From: a virus
Direction: 5' to 3' (one strand)
Length of the DNA: 42,595 nt
IMG/VR virus record: IMGVR_UViG_3300045988_092738
Shown: piece by piece, positions 30,453 through 39,674 of the stretch
Layout: every line of letters begins with the position of its first letter
Position numbering within the stretch: the stretch's first letter is position 1
Notes under the pieces: generated by a model
Database searches by the model: none
What the model was told of the DNA's origin: nothing
Seen by the model: only the letters and a program-made list of their open reading frames with translations
Position numbers and translations under genes: made by a program

Positions 30453-30605
30453 TCACTCCTTTCCAAAAAATGCCTTGACCTTTCTGTCGGCCTCGGCCAG
30501 TGTGTAATATGGTTTTGTCAGGACTGCCGCCAGGAAGTCCCGCTGATACCCGGAAAACCGGTTGCTGTTAATAATCGCCGTTCGGGTGTATCGTTTCGTT
30601 TCCAT
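30453..30605 (-). CDS. Small protein (50 aa) upstream of sheath gene
   Basis: ATG 30605 with GGAGG 6 nt upstream. METKRYTRTAIINSNRFSGYQRDFLAAVLTKPYYTLAEADRKVKAFFGKE. Overlaps the upstream gene by 38 nt. Confidence 0.4.
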   Translation of the reverse strand: METKRYTRTAIINSNRFSGYQRDFLAAVLTKPYYTLAEADRKVKAFFGKE

Positions 30606-31056
30606 CGAAAACCTCCTCGTGATAGTCCATTGTCTGCATTGGAATAAATTCTTCCGGGGTTTTTACCCGTTCTCTCAGCTCAAATTGATAGTGCAGGGCA
30701 TCCAGGTCAATGCGCCACTCCCTGTCATAGGTGCGCAGCAAAATTGTTTTTTCTGCATCTTTATCGCTGTACGGAAATGTCTCCATCGTCAAATCCAATG
30801 CCTCTGCTGCACTTTGATAGAGCTGCTGCATATTGGGGAGGTTGTAGTCAACCAAATATGTTAGATCCAACCCAATACGGCGCAAATACCAGTTTGATCC
30901 CATTTCTCGCGTGATGTAGCTGTATCGTTGCTGTAAAAACAGCATGGGTGAACGACTCCCCTGTTGATTGGGATCCTCATAAAAGGTCACGCCAGGGAAA
31001 TTTGGAGCAAGATAATCGGCCAAACTCTTTGCGATCGTAGAAACAGTGAAATTCAT
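30568..31056 (-). CDS. Tail completion/terminator-like protein
   Basis: 162 aa. Call from its position between the connector genes and the sheath. Confidence 0.4.
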   Translation of the reverse strand: MNFTVSTIAKSLADYLAPNFPGVTFYEDPNQQGSRSPMLFLQQRYSYITREMGSNWYLRRIGLDLTYLVDYNLPNMQQLYQSAAEALDLTMETFPYSDKDAEKTILLRTYDREWRIDLDALHYQFELRERVKTPEEFIPMQTMDYHEEVFDGNETIHPNGDY

Positions 31057-31538
31057 TCTATGATATCTCCTATATCTGCCAGTTCCTGACGGAGCACCCG
31101 TTTGTATTCCTCTTTTGCTGCATCTACCATAAACAGCCCTTTGACATACGCCGTTTTGGTGCCAACCACAATGCCGCCGGAGCCGTCTGGGTTATACTCC
31201 AGCATTCCAGATGCCTCGTTGATCACAAGTCCGGGGACAAAATGGCGGTCCATACGATGCCCCTGATCCACATAGGACGCATATTGCTTGTCATTCGCAA
31301 GCAACGATACATACTGATTCCCGCGCCTGTTGGCAACTGGTTTGCTATCAGTCGCCCAGTGTTGCTTCATCTCGCCAGATCGTGTGTTGGTTCCTCTCAG
31401 ATCTCCCGTTTTAGGAGGCGTTAACTCAGCGGCCTTTTCCACGGCCCGAATTGCAGCTCCGGTTGCCGCCTGTTTCAGTTTTTCAGGAAGTTGTGCCTCA
31501 ATCGCATGGAGTTGCTTCACCCGTTCCTTCAGTGTCAT
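31053..31538 (-). CDS. HK97 gp10-family head-tail protein
   Basis: Internal ATG MTLKERVKQLHAIE. TGDLRGTNTRS and YASYVDQGH motifs. Confidence 0.65.
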   Translation of the reverse strand: MTLKERVKQLHAIEAQLPEKLKQAATGAAIRAVEKAAELTPPKTGDLRGTNTRSGEMKQHWATDSKPVANRRGNQYVSLLANDKQYASYVDQGHRMDRHFVPGLVINEASGMLEYNPDGSGGIVVGTKTAYVKGLFMVDAAKEEYKRVLRQELADIGDIIE

Positions 31539-31932
31539 CCGGCACACCTCCCTTGACGCGCTCCTGCTGCAGCAACCGGATTTCCTGATGGGCCAGTCCG
31601 GGGATGATAGCTCCAAAGGGTTCATAATAGAGGTTGGGGTCCGCCGCAAAGGCCCGGATTTTGGGTCCAGGCTTCCCGAGTTTTCCACCTCTGGTGATGA
31701 TGAGCTCATCTCCTGCCTGGATGTTCACGGAGATGTCACAGGCCAAGTGGTCACTTTCCTGTACATTCGCCGCCGTCTGCGTCATGTTGATGGGCTTGTT
31801 GTCGCTCTGATAGATGCGGCACGGAATGGCTTTCAATACCTGTTGCCGCTCTTGCCTGGTCAAATTTCCGTCTTTGACTTCCGCCACCCGATAGACATCC
31901 ATTCGGTCGGTGTACCAGTCTGTCCAGTTCAT
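31498..31932 (-). CDS. Head closure/head-tail joining protein
   Basis: 144 aa. MNWTDWYTDRMDVYR...IPCRIYQ pattern resembles gp7/gp15-type head closure proteins. Position supports the call. Confidence 0.4.
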   Translation of the reverse strand: MNWTDWYTDRMDVYRVAEVKDGNLTRQERQQVLKAIPCRIYQSDNKPINMTQTAANVQESDHLACDISVNIQAGDELIITRGGKLGKPGPKIRAFAADPNLYYEPFGAIIPGLAHQEIRLLQQERVKGGVPDDTEGTGEATPCD

Positions 31933-32417
31933 AGGACAAGCGTCCCTCCCATTCCAATCAGTTTGGCCCGGTTTGCCAGCATCTGTCCATAGGTCGTGGA
32001 ATTGAGGTCGCCCCAGTCCTCTGTTCCTGAGGTGATGGCCGCCGTATCATAGGTGACAGAGGCGTCCCCCAATGTAGCGGATTTCACCATGCCGACCAGA
32101 GCGCCGGACGCAGCGGCCTGCGCCGGGGTCTCGTTCCCCTGTGCATATCCGCGCAGGTGCAGCGTCGCATAGTGAGCCACATACAGGCCGGCGGCATACC
32201 GCCATCCATCCAGCCATTTGTCCGGTTGGATGGCGGCATTTGCCATCTTGATTATCTCTTCCAGCATGGGCATGGATCCGAGAAACTGGCCATTCGGTGT
32301 AAAAAACTGGGGATAATCCACATAGAAATCATCTGCAGTGTAGTGCCCGACTCCGTGCCCAATATTTGATGCTGCAGCCTTTACGCCAAAAAACTGCGGT
32401 TTCACAATCCATCCCAT
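31929..32417 (-). CDS. Head-tail adaptor (DUF4054-like)
   Basis: WRYAAGLYVAHYATLHL...VKSATLGDASVTYD pattern. Confidence 0.55.
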   Translation of the reverse strand: MGWIVKPQFFGVKAAASNIGHGVGHYTADDFYVDYPQFFTPNGQFLGSMPMLEEIIKMANAAIQPDKWLDGWRYAAGLYVAHYATLHLRGYAQGNETPAQAAASGALVGMVKSATLGDASVTYDTAAITSGTEDWGDLNSTTYGQMLANRAKLIGMGGTLVL

Positions 32418-32429
32418 TCCGGCTGCTCC

Positions 32430-32666
32430 TTACTCTTCCGTGATTTCCGCGCCGCGGCGTGTCCGCACTTTCTTTTCTGCCGCTGCCTGCGTTGCACGGT
32501 CACTCTTCCCGCTCAACACCAGCTTCCCGTCAGAAATCAGTCCCTGACAATAGCTTGTTTGTAATGCCCAATCCGGCAGATCGGACATCTCTCCCCGGCG
32601 CAGGCGGATACTTTTCGATCCGACCGGCGCCGGAATCTCAATATTCCGTTTGCTCAACACAAACAT
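32430..32666 (-). CDS. Hypothetical head-module protein (78 aa)
   Basis: ATG 32666 with AAGGAG 8 nt upstream. Confidence 0.45.
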   Translation of the reverse strand: MFVLSKRNIEIPAPVGSKSIRLRRGEMSDLPDWALQTSYCQGLISDGKLVLSGKSDRATQAAAEKKVRTRRGAEITEE

Positions 32667-32723
32667 TTCAACCACTCCTTTGTTAAATCATGTAAATACC
32701 GCATTTTCTTGTCCCGTTTTCTG

Positions 32724-32732
32724 TGCTATAAT
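32724..32732 (+). promoter_or_regulatory. Extended -10 promoter (TGcTATAAT) for the HNH gene
   Basis: tgCTATAAT at 32724-32732, SD agaggtga 32739-32746, GTG 32752. Confidence 0.45.
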
Positions 32733-32751
32733 TAGCGCAGAGGTGATCCTT

Positions 32752-33300
32752 GTGGAACAATGGAAAGATATTGAAGGCTACGATGGAATTTTTCAAATCA
32801 GTGACCAGGGCAGATTGCGTCGGATTACAGAAACAATCACCATGCAAGGCCGTTGGGGTAAACCTGTGTCACATACTTGTCCTGGATGGACAAAGGGCCC
32901 AAAGTTCAATGCAGAAAGAGCCGTTACTCGACGAGGTGGCGGCTACTATCAATACACCACCTATTTCCGTGGGAAATGCTGTAACTTTTTTATCCATCGA
33001 GAAGTCGCAAAAGCTTTTGTTCCGAACCCAAATAACAAACCTTCTGTGAACCACAAAGATGGGAACAAACACAATAACTGTGCGAATAACTTGGAGTGGG
33101 CTACATACAAAGAGCAAATGCGGCATGCCGCTAACACAGGGCTTTCTGATTACAGTGAAAGCCGCAACGCAAAAATTTCTAACACGCGGAAGGCCTTGCG
33201 GTGGTTTACCAACGGGGAAAGTGAAGTCTGCGTCTTGCCGAAGAACTGCCCCCAGGGATGGCGCCCTGGCAGAAAGCCTATCCGTAAAAGTGGCGTCTAA
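32752..33300 (+). CDS. Free-standing HNH homing endonuclease (NUMOD4-like N-terminus + HNH_3)
   Basis: VEQWKDIEGYDGIFQISDQGRLRR (NUMOD4-like). HREVAKAFVPNPNNKPSVNHKDGNKHNNCANNLEWAT (HNH). Only plus-strand gene in the structural module. Confidence 0.8.
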   Translation: MEQWKDIEGYDGIFQISDQGRLRRITETITMQGRWGKPVSHTCPGWTKGPKFNAERAVTRRGGGYYQYTTYFRGKCCNFFIHREVAKAFVPNPNNKPSVNHKDGNKHNNCANNLEWATYKEQMRHAANTGLSDYSESRNAKISNTRKALRWFTNGESEVCVLPKNCPQGWRPGRKPIRKSGV

Positions 33301-34331
33301 ATTCCGTCTACATACCGAATCGAGGTCGGATAGAAGATCTGTACCTCAGAAATGTTTGCCATGTACGCCGTGTCGTAGCAGACATTGGCCACATTCGGCT
33401 GGCTCATAATTCGGCTCAGCGGAACCAGCTCGTCCATTTTCACAAAACGCCGGTCGTTGTTGTAGACTACCATGCGGTCTTTACCGGAAGTGCCGGCGCC
33501 TTTGCACCAACGGGTCGCGCCGATAAACAGGTCGCCGCCTGCCTTCGTGGCCGCGTTGTTCTTCATCAGGAAGTCATAGATCGTTTCGGTTGCCAGATCG
33601 GTGACCTTTGTGGTCATGATGTACAGATACTGCTCATACGGCACCAGAATATGGTTTGGAATTGCCGTCTCGTCGTACTCGTTGGCGGCCCAGCCAGCAG
33701 CCAATGCGTCATTTACATCCTTCAGAATTTCCTCCGGCGTCTTGGTTGCCCAGGTTGCAGTACCGGAGGCGCCATTTGCTGCCGTGGTTTCCACTGCGTC
33801 CGGGTTGTTTACCAGTCCAGTGGTGCCATACTCGGTGAGGCCGACATACACATTCTGATCGTTGTGCTTGTCATACGCGAGGCGCACGCCGTCTGTGAGC
33901 AGATTGTCCAAAGCGCGGCCAATATAATTGCTTCGCTGCATGTCCTGGAACATCACACGGAGCGCCGCAGCAAAGACATGCGCCTTATAAACGCCCTTGT
34001 CAACAGATGCCTGCACCGTGGGAATACCGTTCGCGCCGCCTGCAGCCACCGGAGAAGTGCCCGCGCCGCCAGTGATGCCATAAGATACCGCCATTGCGGA
34101 CACATAGTCCACCCAGCCGCCACCGGTTTCAATGACAATATCGCGCGGATAAGTAAACGAGGTGAGGGGCTTTCGAATCATCGGATCGCGCTTTTCCAAC
34201 TCAGAGGTCAGAAACGCGCCGCCGGTGGCAATGCCGGCCGCATCCATCGTAGGGACGCCGCCCATGCCGCCGGGTGCAGACTGCATCGTAAATACACCAG
34301 CGTTGGTGGTGCCCATATTTGCAAAACTCAT
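33297..34331 (-). CDS. Major capsid protein (DUF2184-like)
   Basis: 344 aa, downstream of the scaffold and cement genes. Size, position and sequence style fit this MCP family (from memory). Confidence 0.7.
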   Translation of the reverse strand: MSFANMGTTNAGVFTMQSAPGGMGGVPTMDAAGIATGGAFLTSELEKRDPMIRKPLTSFTYPRDIVIETGGGWVDYVSAMAVSYGITGGAGTSPVAAGGANGIPTVQASVDKGVYKAHVFAAALRVMFQDMQRSNYIGRALDNLLTDGVRLAYDKHNDQNVYVGLTEYGTTGLVNNPDAVETTAANGASGTATWATKTPEEILKDVNDALAAGWAANEYDETAIPNHILVPYEQYLYIMTTKVTDLATETIYDFLMKNNAATKAGGDLFIGATRWCKGAGTSGKDRMVVYNNDRRFVKMDELVPLSRIMSQPNVANVCYDTAYMANISEVQIFYPTSIRYVDGI

Positions 34332-34349
34332 GATTGTTTTCTCCTTTCC

Positions 34350-34877
34350 TTAGGCATTTGCTCTGGTCAGGATAACCAGTTCTGCAATGCCGTTTTCGTC
34401 TGCCGGGCCGCCCCACTGACAATTGGTGAGCTGCACCGTATTGGCCGTGGTCTCATCTGCCACAGCCTCAAATCCGCCCACAGGTGCGTTAGGCAGCTCA
34501 TCATTTGCAGTAACGCGAATATACACAGGACCTCCGACAACCGGGGCGCCATTGTTGCATTTTACATTGATGCTACCGCGCTGGAACACACTCACCGGCT
34601 CGCCGGGTGCATACTGGCCCGCCTGCTGTTCCAAATAGGTAAGAGCCGATTTAATCTCAAATCCAGCCACGCCGGCAAATTTTGCCGCCGTAAAGCCTGC
34701 GCCAGCAGCAACAACGGCTGGCTTTTCTGCGTCATATACCAGCGGCGTACCATATGTGATCGGCGTATCTCCGCCTGCAGGACGGGTTTCTACAATCATG
34801 TCAGGCTGTCTTGCGTAACAGCCTGCAAAACCATGCGGCATATCCTTTCCGATAACCTGGGGATTTAGTGCAGCCAT
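34350..34877 (-). CDS. Head decoration/cement-like protein (Gp24-like)
   Basis: 175 aa between scaffold and MCP. G/A/V-rich beta protein. Confidence 0.45.
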   Translation of the reverse strand: MAALNPQVIGKDMPHGFAGCYARQPDMIVETRPAGGDTPITYGTPLVYDAEKPAVVAAGAGFTAAKFAGVAGFEIKSALTYLEQQAGQYAPGEPVSVFQRGSINVKCNNGAPVVGGPVYIRVTANDELPNAPVGGFEAVADETTANTVQLTNCQWGGPADENGIAELVILTRANA

Positions 34878-36077
34878 TTAATGTTCCTCCTTCTTGTTGT
34901 GGGGATTGCGGGCGGCGTATGCACTCCGTGCATCTACACACGCCTGCTCATAGGTGTATTTCGTATCTTTTTTTGCGTTTGCATGAGCACTGTCCATTGC
35001 AGCCTTGACGATGTCCGGCATCGCATCTTTCCCGGCAATCGCAGACAGCAGTGCATCTGTGACCTTTGACCTGGACTCCTTGTCTTCAATCGAGGCTACC
35101 GCCGGCCGGACTTTTTTCAACAGCTCAACAGCCGCATCGCGTGCCGGGCCACTGGCACAGTCATTCTCGACCGGAATCGTGATGGCGCTCTTTTCACCCT
35201 CTCCGGACAGTCTGGCAATCATCTCGTCCAGATCCGTCTCGTCGTGAAGCCGATGTGCGCCCTCTCCGCCGCGGGCCTTTGCCTCCAGCATGGTGATGAT
35301 CCGATCCAACTTGGAACCGATATCGTCTCCCTTCGGTGCTTCGATGGTCTCTTCATCCTTCGCTTCCTCGTCGGGTGTGCTCTCTGCGGGCTCCGCATCC
35401 GGCGCTTTCGCGGGTTCTGCGTCCAGCGCAGTGGCAGTCGTCTGCACCATTTCGTCAAGCTCTTCCGGGCTTGCGTCCTTTGCCGCTTTTCCAAAGGCGG
35501 TCAGGACAGACTTCCAAAATTCGCTCATGGGTTTGTTCCCACCTTTCTCCGCCTCTGGGGCGGTATCTTGTATTGATACGGATTTTCCTGCGCGGCCCTT
35601 TGGAACGACCGCCACATGGTTCCCTCGTATCCGTTGCTGTTTGTATCCCATGCCATCTGGAACATAGTTGCACAGATAGCCGCAGGACACCTCCCGTTTC
35701 ACGCGATTCCGCACTTCCTCTGCGAGGTTGGAATCATTGATATATAGATCGGCCACGATATAGTCTCCGGTCCGTCTTACATTCTGCACATGGCCCTTTG
35801 TGTAAGCCGCATAGTTCTCCGGTCCCACATTCTCCGGCGGATGCCCATCTGTTACAGGCTTGCCCTCGAAACTCGCCATCGTGGCAGCCTCAAAAACATC
35901 GTCCGGATATCGATTCACTGTAATCACCCGTTCCGGGTCGCCGTCCATCTGTAACTCTCTGGCCAGATAATCCTGCGGGCCCGTCCTGGCAATGGGGACA
36001 TCATGACAGATCAAATACCCCTCCGGCGTGTCCGTCATATGCGGACTGATACGGTCTCCATAGTACGCAAGCATCAT
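34878..36077 (-). CDS. DUF2213-like prohead scaffold/protease protein
   Basis: N-terminal PEGYLICHDVPIARTGPQDY...FEGKPVTDGHP...VSCGY pattern. Acidic, Ala-rich C-terminal half typical of scaffolds. Confidence 0.6.
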   Translation of the reverse strand: MMLAYYGDRISPHMTDTPEGYLICHDVPIARTGPQDYLARELQMDGDPERVITVNRYPDDVFEAATMASFEGKPVTDGHPPENVGPENYAAYTKGHVQNVRRTGDYIVADLYINDSNLAEEVRNRVKREVSCGYLCNYVPDGMGYKQQRIRGNHVAVVPKGRAGKSVSIQDTAPEAEKGGNKPMSEFWKSVLTAFGKAAKDASPEELDEMVQTTATALDAEPAKAPDAEPAESTPDEEAKDEETIEAPKGDDIGSKLDRIITMLEAKARGGEGAHRLHDETDLDEMIARLSGEGEKSAITIPVENDCASGPARDAAVELLKKVRPAVASIEDKESRSKVTDALLSAIAGKDAMPDIVKAAMDSAHANAKKDTKYTYEQACVDARSAYAARNPHNKKEEH

Positions 36078-36307
36078 TCCACCCCCGGAATCAGTTCTTC
36101 CTGGTCGGCGCTCTGGCCGCCAACCGCCTCCAGCAGGAGATCGGCAATGATAGCCTGATGGTCTGTTTCGTCCGCCTGAATCTCCAGCAGCTTTGCAAGC
36201 GCGTTTTCCGGCGCCACAGCCATAACGGCCAGATACAGCCGTACCGTTTCTGTCTCCCCCGCCAGAGACCGTTTCAGCAGTTCGATATATTCCGCGTTGT
36301 TATCCAT
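36074..36307 (-). CDS. Small acidic hypothetical protein (77 aa)
   Basis: Internal ATG MDNNAEYIELL after SD gaggtgaaag. Confidence 0.45.
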   Translation of the reverse strand: MDNNAEYIELLKRSLAGETETVRLYLAVMAVAPENALAKLLEIQADETDHQAIIADLLLEAVGGQSADQEELIPGVE

Positions 36308-36325
36308 GTCTTTCACCTCGCAGGT

Positions 36326-36368
36326 AAATAAAAACGAGATCAACCATCGAGATTGTCTCGATCGTTGA
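36326..36368 (-). terminator. Hairpin plus U-run inside the head operon (minus strand)
   Basis: tcaac-c-atcgaga ttg tctcgat-c-gttga stem, followed on the minus strand by cguuuuuauuu. Confidence 0.45.
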
Positions 36369-36415
36369 CCTCGTTCGGTCCTTCCCACCCGTCGTTCCGG
36401 GCGTGGGTGCAGTAT

Positions 36416-36538
36416 TTATTTCAGCAGCTTTCGGGAGACTGTGTTTGCCTGGATCTCCCCATTTTTTCCCTTGATAAGCTCCACTCGGTATCCCTTGTTC
36501 AGGGCTTCCTGAATGGCAACAATCAGCTCAGTATGCAT
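36416..36538 (-). CDS. Possible 40-aa protein
   Basis: ATG 36538 after gagagg. MHTELIVAIQEALNKGYRVELIKGKNGEIQANTVSRKLLK. Overlaps the MuF-like stop by 11 nt. Confidence 0.3.
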   Translation of the reverse strand: MHTELIVAIQEALNKGYRVELIKGKNGEIQANTVSRKLLK

Positions 36539-37679
36539 GGTTCGCCTCTCTGTATAGTCTTTCCCAATCTTTGTACTTTTCATCATCCGCCGCCTTATGC
36601 CTTTGAAATGTCTCAAATGTCCGCGGTACCTTATTTCCCAGTGTCATACGGTATCGTTCCCACTGGCGATAATTCGCCAGCCAGTGCCGCCGGGCCGTTT
36701 CCTTCTGGCGATATGCCTCAATCTGCTTCTGTGTGCGGGGATCCCGGCTGAAGGGGTTCTTGCTTGGATTGGAGAAGTCCTTGATCTTCTGGATTTCCTC
36801 CGGCGTCCGACCGGCAGGCGTCCACGGAAGGAGCACATGCAGGCAGTTCGGGTGAATGTTCAGCCATGTGTTGGCCAGCGTATCGGGTCCATTGGGATCC
36901 ACTTTCCCGAATGCCGTGCTCAATGGCGGAAAATCCGGGCTCTGCCCACTCTTGCTGTATACACGCCCCTCATATGGCGCGCACAGAGGGCAGGTCGTCC
37001 CGTGGCTACTGATTTTGTAAAGGTCATGTTCCGGATCGGCGGTCAGAACCGCCAGCACCTCTGCCTGTCGGGAGGTCGTGCGCAAAACCATGCTGCCATA
37101 GGTATGCAAACTCCAATTGCGCCCTGCTTTATCGACAAACGCCGTCACGCCCTCCCGGCGCAGCGCCTCCACAAAATCCGGGATGGCTGGATTAACGCCT
37201 TTTCCCATTGCCTGCATTGCAGCAACCTGCTCCAGGCCAACGCGCCGGTATACATCCGGCTCTGTGTGGCCAAGAAGTGCGCTCTGCAATGTTGCCATAG
37301 CCGTCATAGAGGCGTCGGTGATTTCGCCCATCAGATTCATCACCAGAGTATCCACAATGGCATGCTGTTCCCCAGTCAGTTCCGCAGCGTTCCCATATCC
37401 CGTGATATGTTTTGCTACCGGCTCTGTGATCTTCCGGGCTTCTGGCAAACGCACATAAAATTGCCGCTCGATCATCTTCGGCACATATTCCCAGCTGTCG
37501 TTTTCCAGCTTGCGCAGAATATTCTGTATCCGTTCCAAAGATGCCACAGCATGGTAATCCACAAGGCCCTGCGATCGAAGCCGCCCGATCTCATTGATAA
37601 TGTCGGTCTCAGCTTTCAGGAAAATGGAGACGAGCTTTTTCAGCTCCCGCTCATTCGATGCGCGGTTCAGCGTTGGCAT
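36528..37679 (-). CDS. Minor capsid/head morphogenesis protein (SPP1 gp7 / MuF-like)
   Basis: 383 aa after the portal. ...HGTTCPLCAPYEGRVY...NIHPNCLHVLLPW motif typical of the MuF family. Confidence 0.75.
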   Translation of the reverse strand: MPTLNRASNERELKKLVSIFLKAETDIINEIGRLRSQGLVDYHAVASLERIQNILRKLENDSWEYVPKMIERQFYVRLPEARKITEPVAKHITGYGNAAELTGEQHAIVDTLVMNLMGEITDASMTAMATLQSALLGHTEPDVYRRVGLEQVAAMQAMGKGVNPAIPDFVEALRREGVTAFVDKAGRNWSLHTYGSMVLRTTSRQAEVLAVLTADPEHDLYKISSHGTTCPLCAPYEGRVYSKSGQSPDFPPLSTAFGKVDPNGPDTLANTWLNIHPNCLHVLLPWTPAGRTPEEIQKIKDFSNPSKNPFSRDPRTQKQIEAYRQKETARRHWLANYRQWERYRMTLGNKVPRTFETFQRHKAADDEKYKDWERLYREANHAY

Positions 37680-37925
37680 TTAATCGTCCTCATCAAACAA
37701 GTCCGTCCCGTCATCACCCGGGAGCAATCCATCATGTCCAAACTGCATAAAATCCCAAAACGGGGCGTCTGGATGTGTGGTTCCATAGTCAATAATATCT
37801 TGCTCAAAGTGGTCTATTGTTGCGGCCATTACTAACAGATCAATAGCCTCTTGTGTAACAATGTCCTTCTTTTGCGTCCCTTGGCCAAGATACCGAGAGA
37901 GGAATGTTTTTAATCGTTCTTCCAT
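37680..37925 (-). CDS. Small acidic hypothetical protein (81 aa)
   Basis: ORF packed between the portal and MuF-like genes, with C-terminal DDGTDLFDEDD. Confidence 0.45.
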   Translation of the reverse strand: MEERLKTFLSRYLGQGTQKKDIVTQEAIDLLVMAATIDHFEQDIIDYGTTHPDAPFWDFMQFGHDGLLPGDDGTDLFDEDD

Positions 37926-37940
37926 TTCCGTTTTCCCCCA

Positions 37941-39674
37941 TTACTTGATCGGGTAGCTGCTCAAAACAGCCATGCCGCCATACCCATCTGCCTCCACTTT
38001 GTAAATCCGCTTTGCGTCCCGAATATATCGAACTTCACCCACACTTAAGCCAGGATACTGCGTTCCCAATGTTCCGCATAGTTTTGCGTACTTCTTTGCA
38101 CCAATTTGGATTCCTTTATGAGACCTCTGCGGCGACGGTGCATACTTTGTCTTTCCTATTTTACCACTTCCGCCGCCGCTGGTAAAGCGTCCTGTTGCGG
38201 GATCATGATACGGATTATAGTCTATCACTGCCGCATCTTGAACTGTTCCTTCAAGCGTTCTGTCGATCGCTTCACCATATCCAAGTCCCATCTGCGGGTC
38301 CCGCAGTGCCGTCACATCCTGATATGTCTTTCCGGCGTTCTCCGCAATCTCCTCATCCGCCAGGTTGCCGAACATGCCCGTTTCCTCTTCCAGCTTTTTC
38401 AACTCTTTCTGTGCTGTATCCGCCCGGATTAGTCCCGCCTGGAAAGTATCCCGGATAGCCTGGGCCTTTTTCAGCGTAATCTCCGCCGTCTCCATTGCCG
38501 TCGGCGTCCACAGGGACGGGAAGCTGAAGTCAAGATCGTCCGGCACAAAGCCCCAGGCGCTCATTGCCAGAACCGGAAGCAGCTTCTGCAGCGCAGGACG
38601 CAATTTTGCCTCCCGCTGGCTGTCCACATAATCATAGTAATTTTTCAGATCGCTCTCGCCAGTGGCGTTCATCCCCGCCGGTGAGCGGCCGAACAGCTTT
38701 GTCATGGGGTAATGAGATGCGCCGCAAAGATTGAGACACATGCTCTCATAGACCTCCTGCAGCCCAGTGAATGTGTACTGCGTGTTGGTCAATTTTGTCC
38801 CCTGCTCGACAAGCTGTGTGCCAAAGTTGGATCGGAGTACACTCTGCGCCTGCATCACATTCCAGAATCTCCGCTGTGCCTGGCCTGAGCCAATTCCGAA
38901 CAGCTGCTCCAGGCCCTTGACCTCCATCGTATTGACATTCGCCTGGAAGGTCAACGCCACCATGTTTGCAGATACATTATCATGGGCGACCACTTCTTCG
39001 TAGAGCGCCTCAATCTCACTCTCACCCCAGTACATCTCCGCCATCCGCTCAACCATCGGAAGCTCTCTGCCGGTAAAGCGGATCACCCTGGAATGGTGTA
39101 CCCGCGCAGCGGTGTGCCCCTCTGCATCTGTGATGGCGTAATATTCCGGCACAGGGTCGCCAGCCTCTAGTACAAGCCCATTTGTCGCCGTAATCCCCAT
39201 CCAACGGTCCAGGATATACAGTCCTCGAAAGCTGCCCGGATAAACCACATCCAGATCCAACGGTTTTGACAGATCCTCCTGCCCACGCACCAGGATCAGC
39301 CCTGCTGCGCCTCCGTATAGACGCCCCCAGCGCAGCCCCTCATTGAGTCGGTCTCGGATTCTTGTGTCCCGCTCGACCTTTGCCAATGCATCCTGCGCCT
39401 CCGGCGTAATATTGCCCTTGAGCTTGTACCACTCTCTGAGCATATCGTCTACCATGAGACCAACAACATTTTGGACAACCCAATTTGTCCGATACAAAGA
39501 ATTGAGCAGCGCATAGTTATCCGTCATGCGGGTCAGGGGATACTCTGTCGCCTCCAGCGGAGACTGGCTCCCCCATCCCAGCCGGAACAGGGGATTTGAA
39601 AAAGCGTCCTGCACGCTTATTGATTCCATTTCTGCCTGTCTGTTTACAGGCCTGGTCTTATTCCGTCTGGACAC
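37941..39674 (-). CDS. Portal protein (DUF1073-like) with C-terminal extension
   Basis: 577 aa, directly after TerL. Core to about aa 440, then YNPYHDPATGRFTSGGG motif and a ~75-aa basic tail. Confidence 0.8.
   Translation of the reverse strand: MSRRNKTRPVNRQAEMESISVQDAFSNPLFRLGWGSQSPLEATEYPLTRMTDNYALLNSLYRTNWVVQNVVGLMVDDMLREWYKLKGNITPEAQDALAKVERDTRIRDRLNEGLRWGRLYGGAAGLILVRGQEDLSKPLDLDVVYPGSFRGLYILDRWMGITATNGLVLEAGDPVPEYYAITDAEGHTAARVHHSRVIRFTGRELPMVERMAEMYWGESEIEALYEEVVAHDNVSANMVALTFQANVNTMEVKGLEQLFGIGSGQAQRRFWNVMQAQSVLRSNFGTQLVEQGTKLTNTQYTFTGLQEVYESMCLNLCGASHYPMTKLFGRSPAGMNATGESDLKNYYDYVDSQREAKLRPALQKLLPVLAMSAWGFVPDDLDFSFPSLWTPTAMETAEITLKKAQAIRDTFQAGLIRADTAQKELKKLEEETGMFGNLADEEIAENAGKTYQDVTALRDPQMGLGYGEAIDRTLEGTVQDAAVIDYNPYHDPATGRFTSGGGSGKIGKTKYAPSPQRSHKGIQIGAKKYAKLCGTLGTQYPGLSVGEVRYIRDAKRIYKVEADGYGGMAVLSSYPIK

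Noticed and set aside
33651-34868. 405-aa plus-strand ORF antisense to the major capsid and cement genes
   Set aside because: It lies opposite well-supported structural genes. It is Arg/Cys/Ala/His-rich and low-complexity, has no SD and no recognisable motif. This is a typical mirror-frame ORF of GC-rich coding DNA.
36597-37835. 412-aa plus-strand ORF antisense to the MuF-like gene
   Set aside because: Same reasoning: it is antisense to a gene with clear family motifs, has no SD and has an implausible composition.
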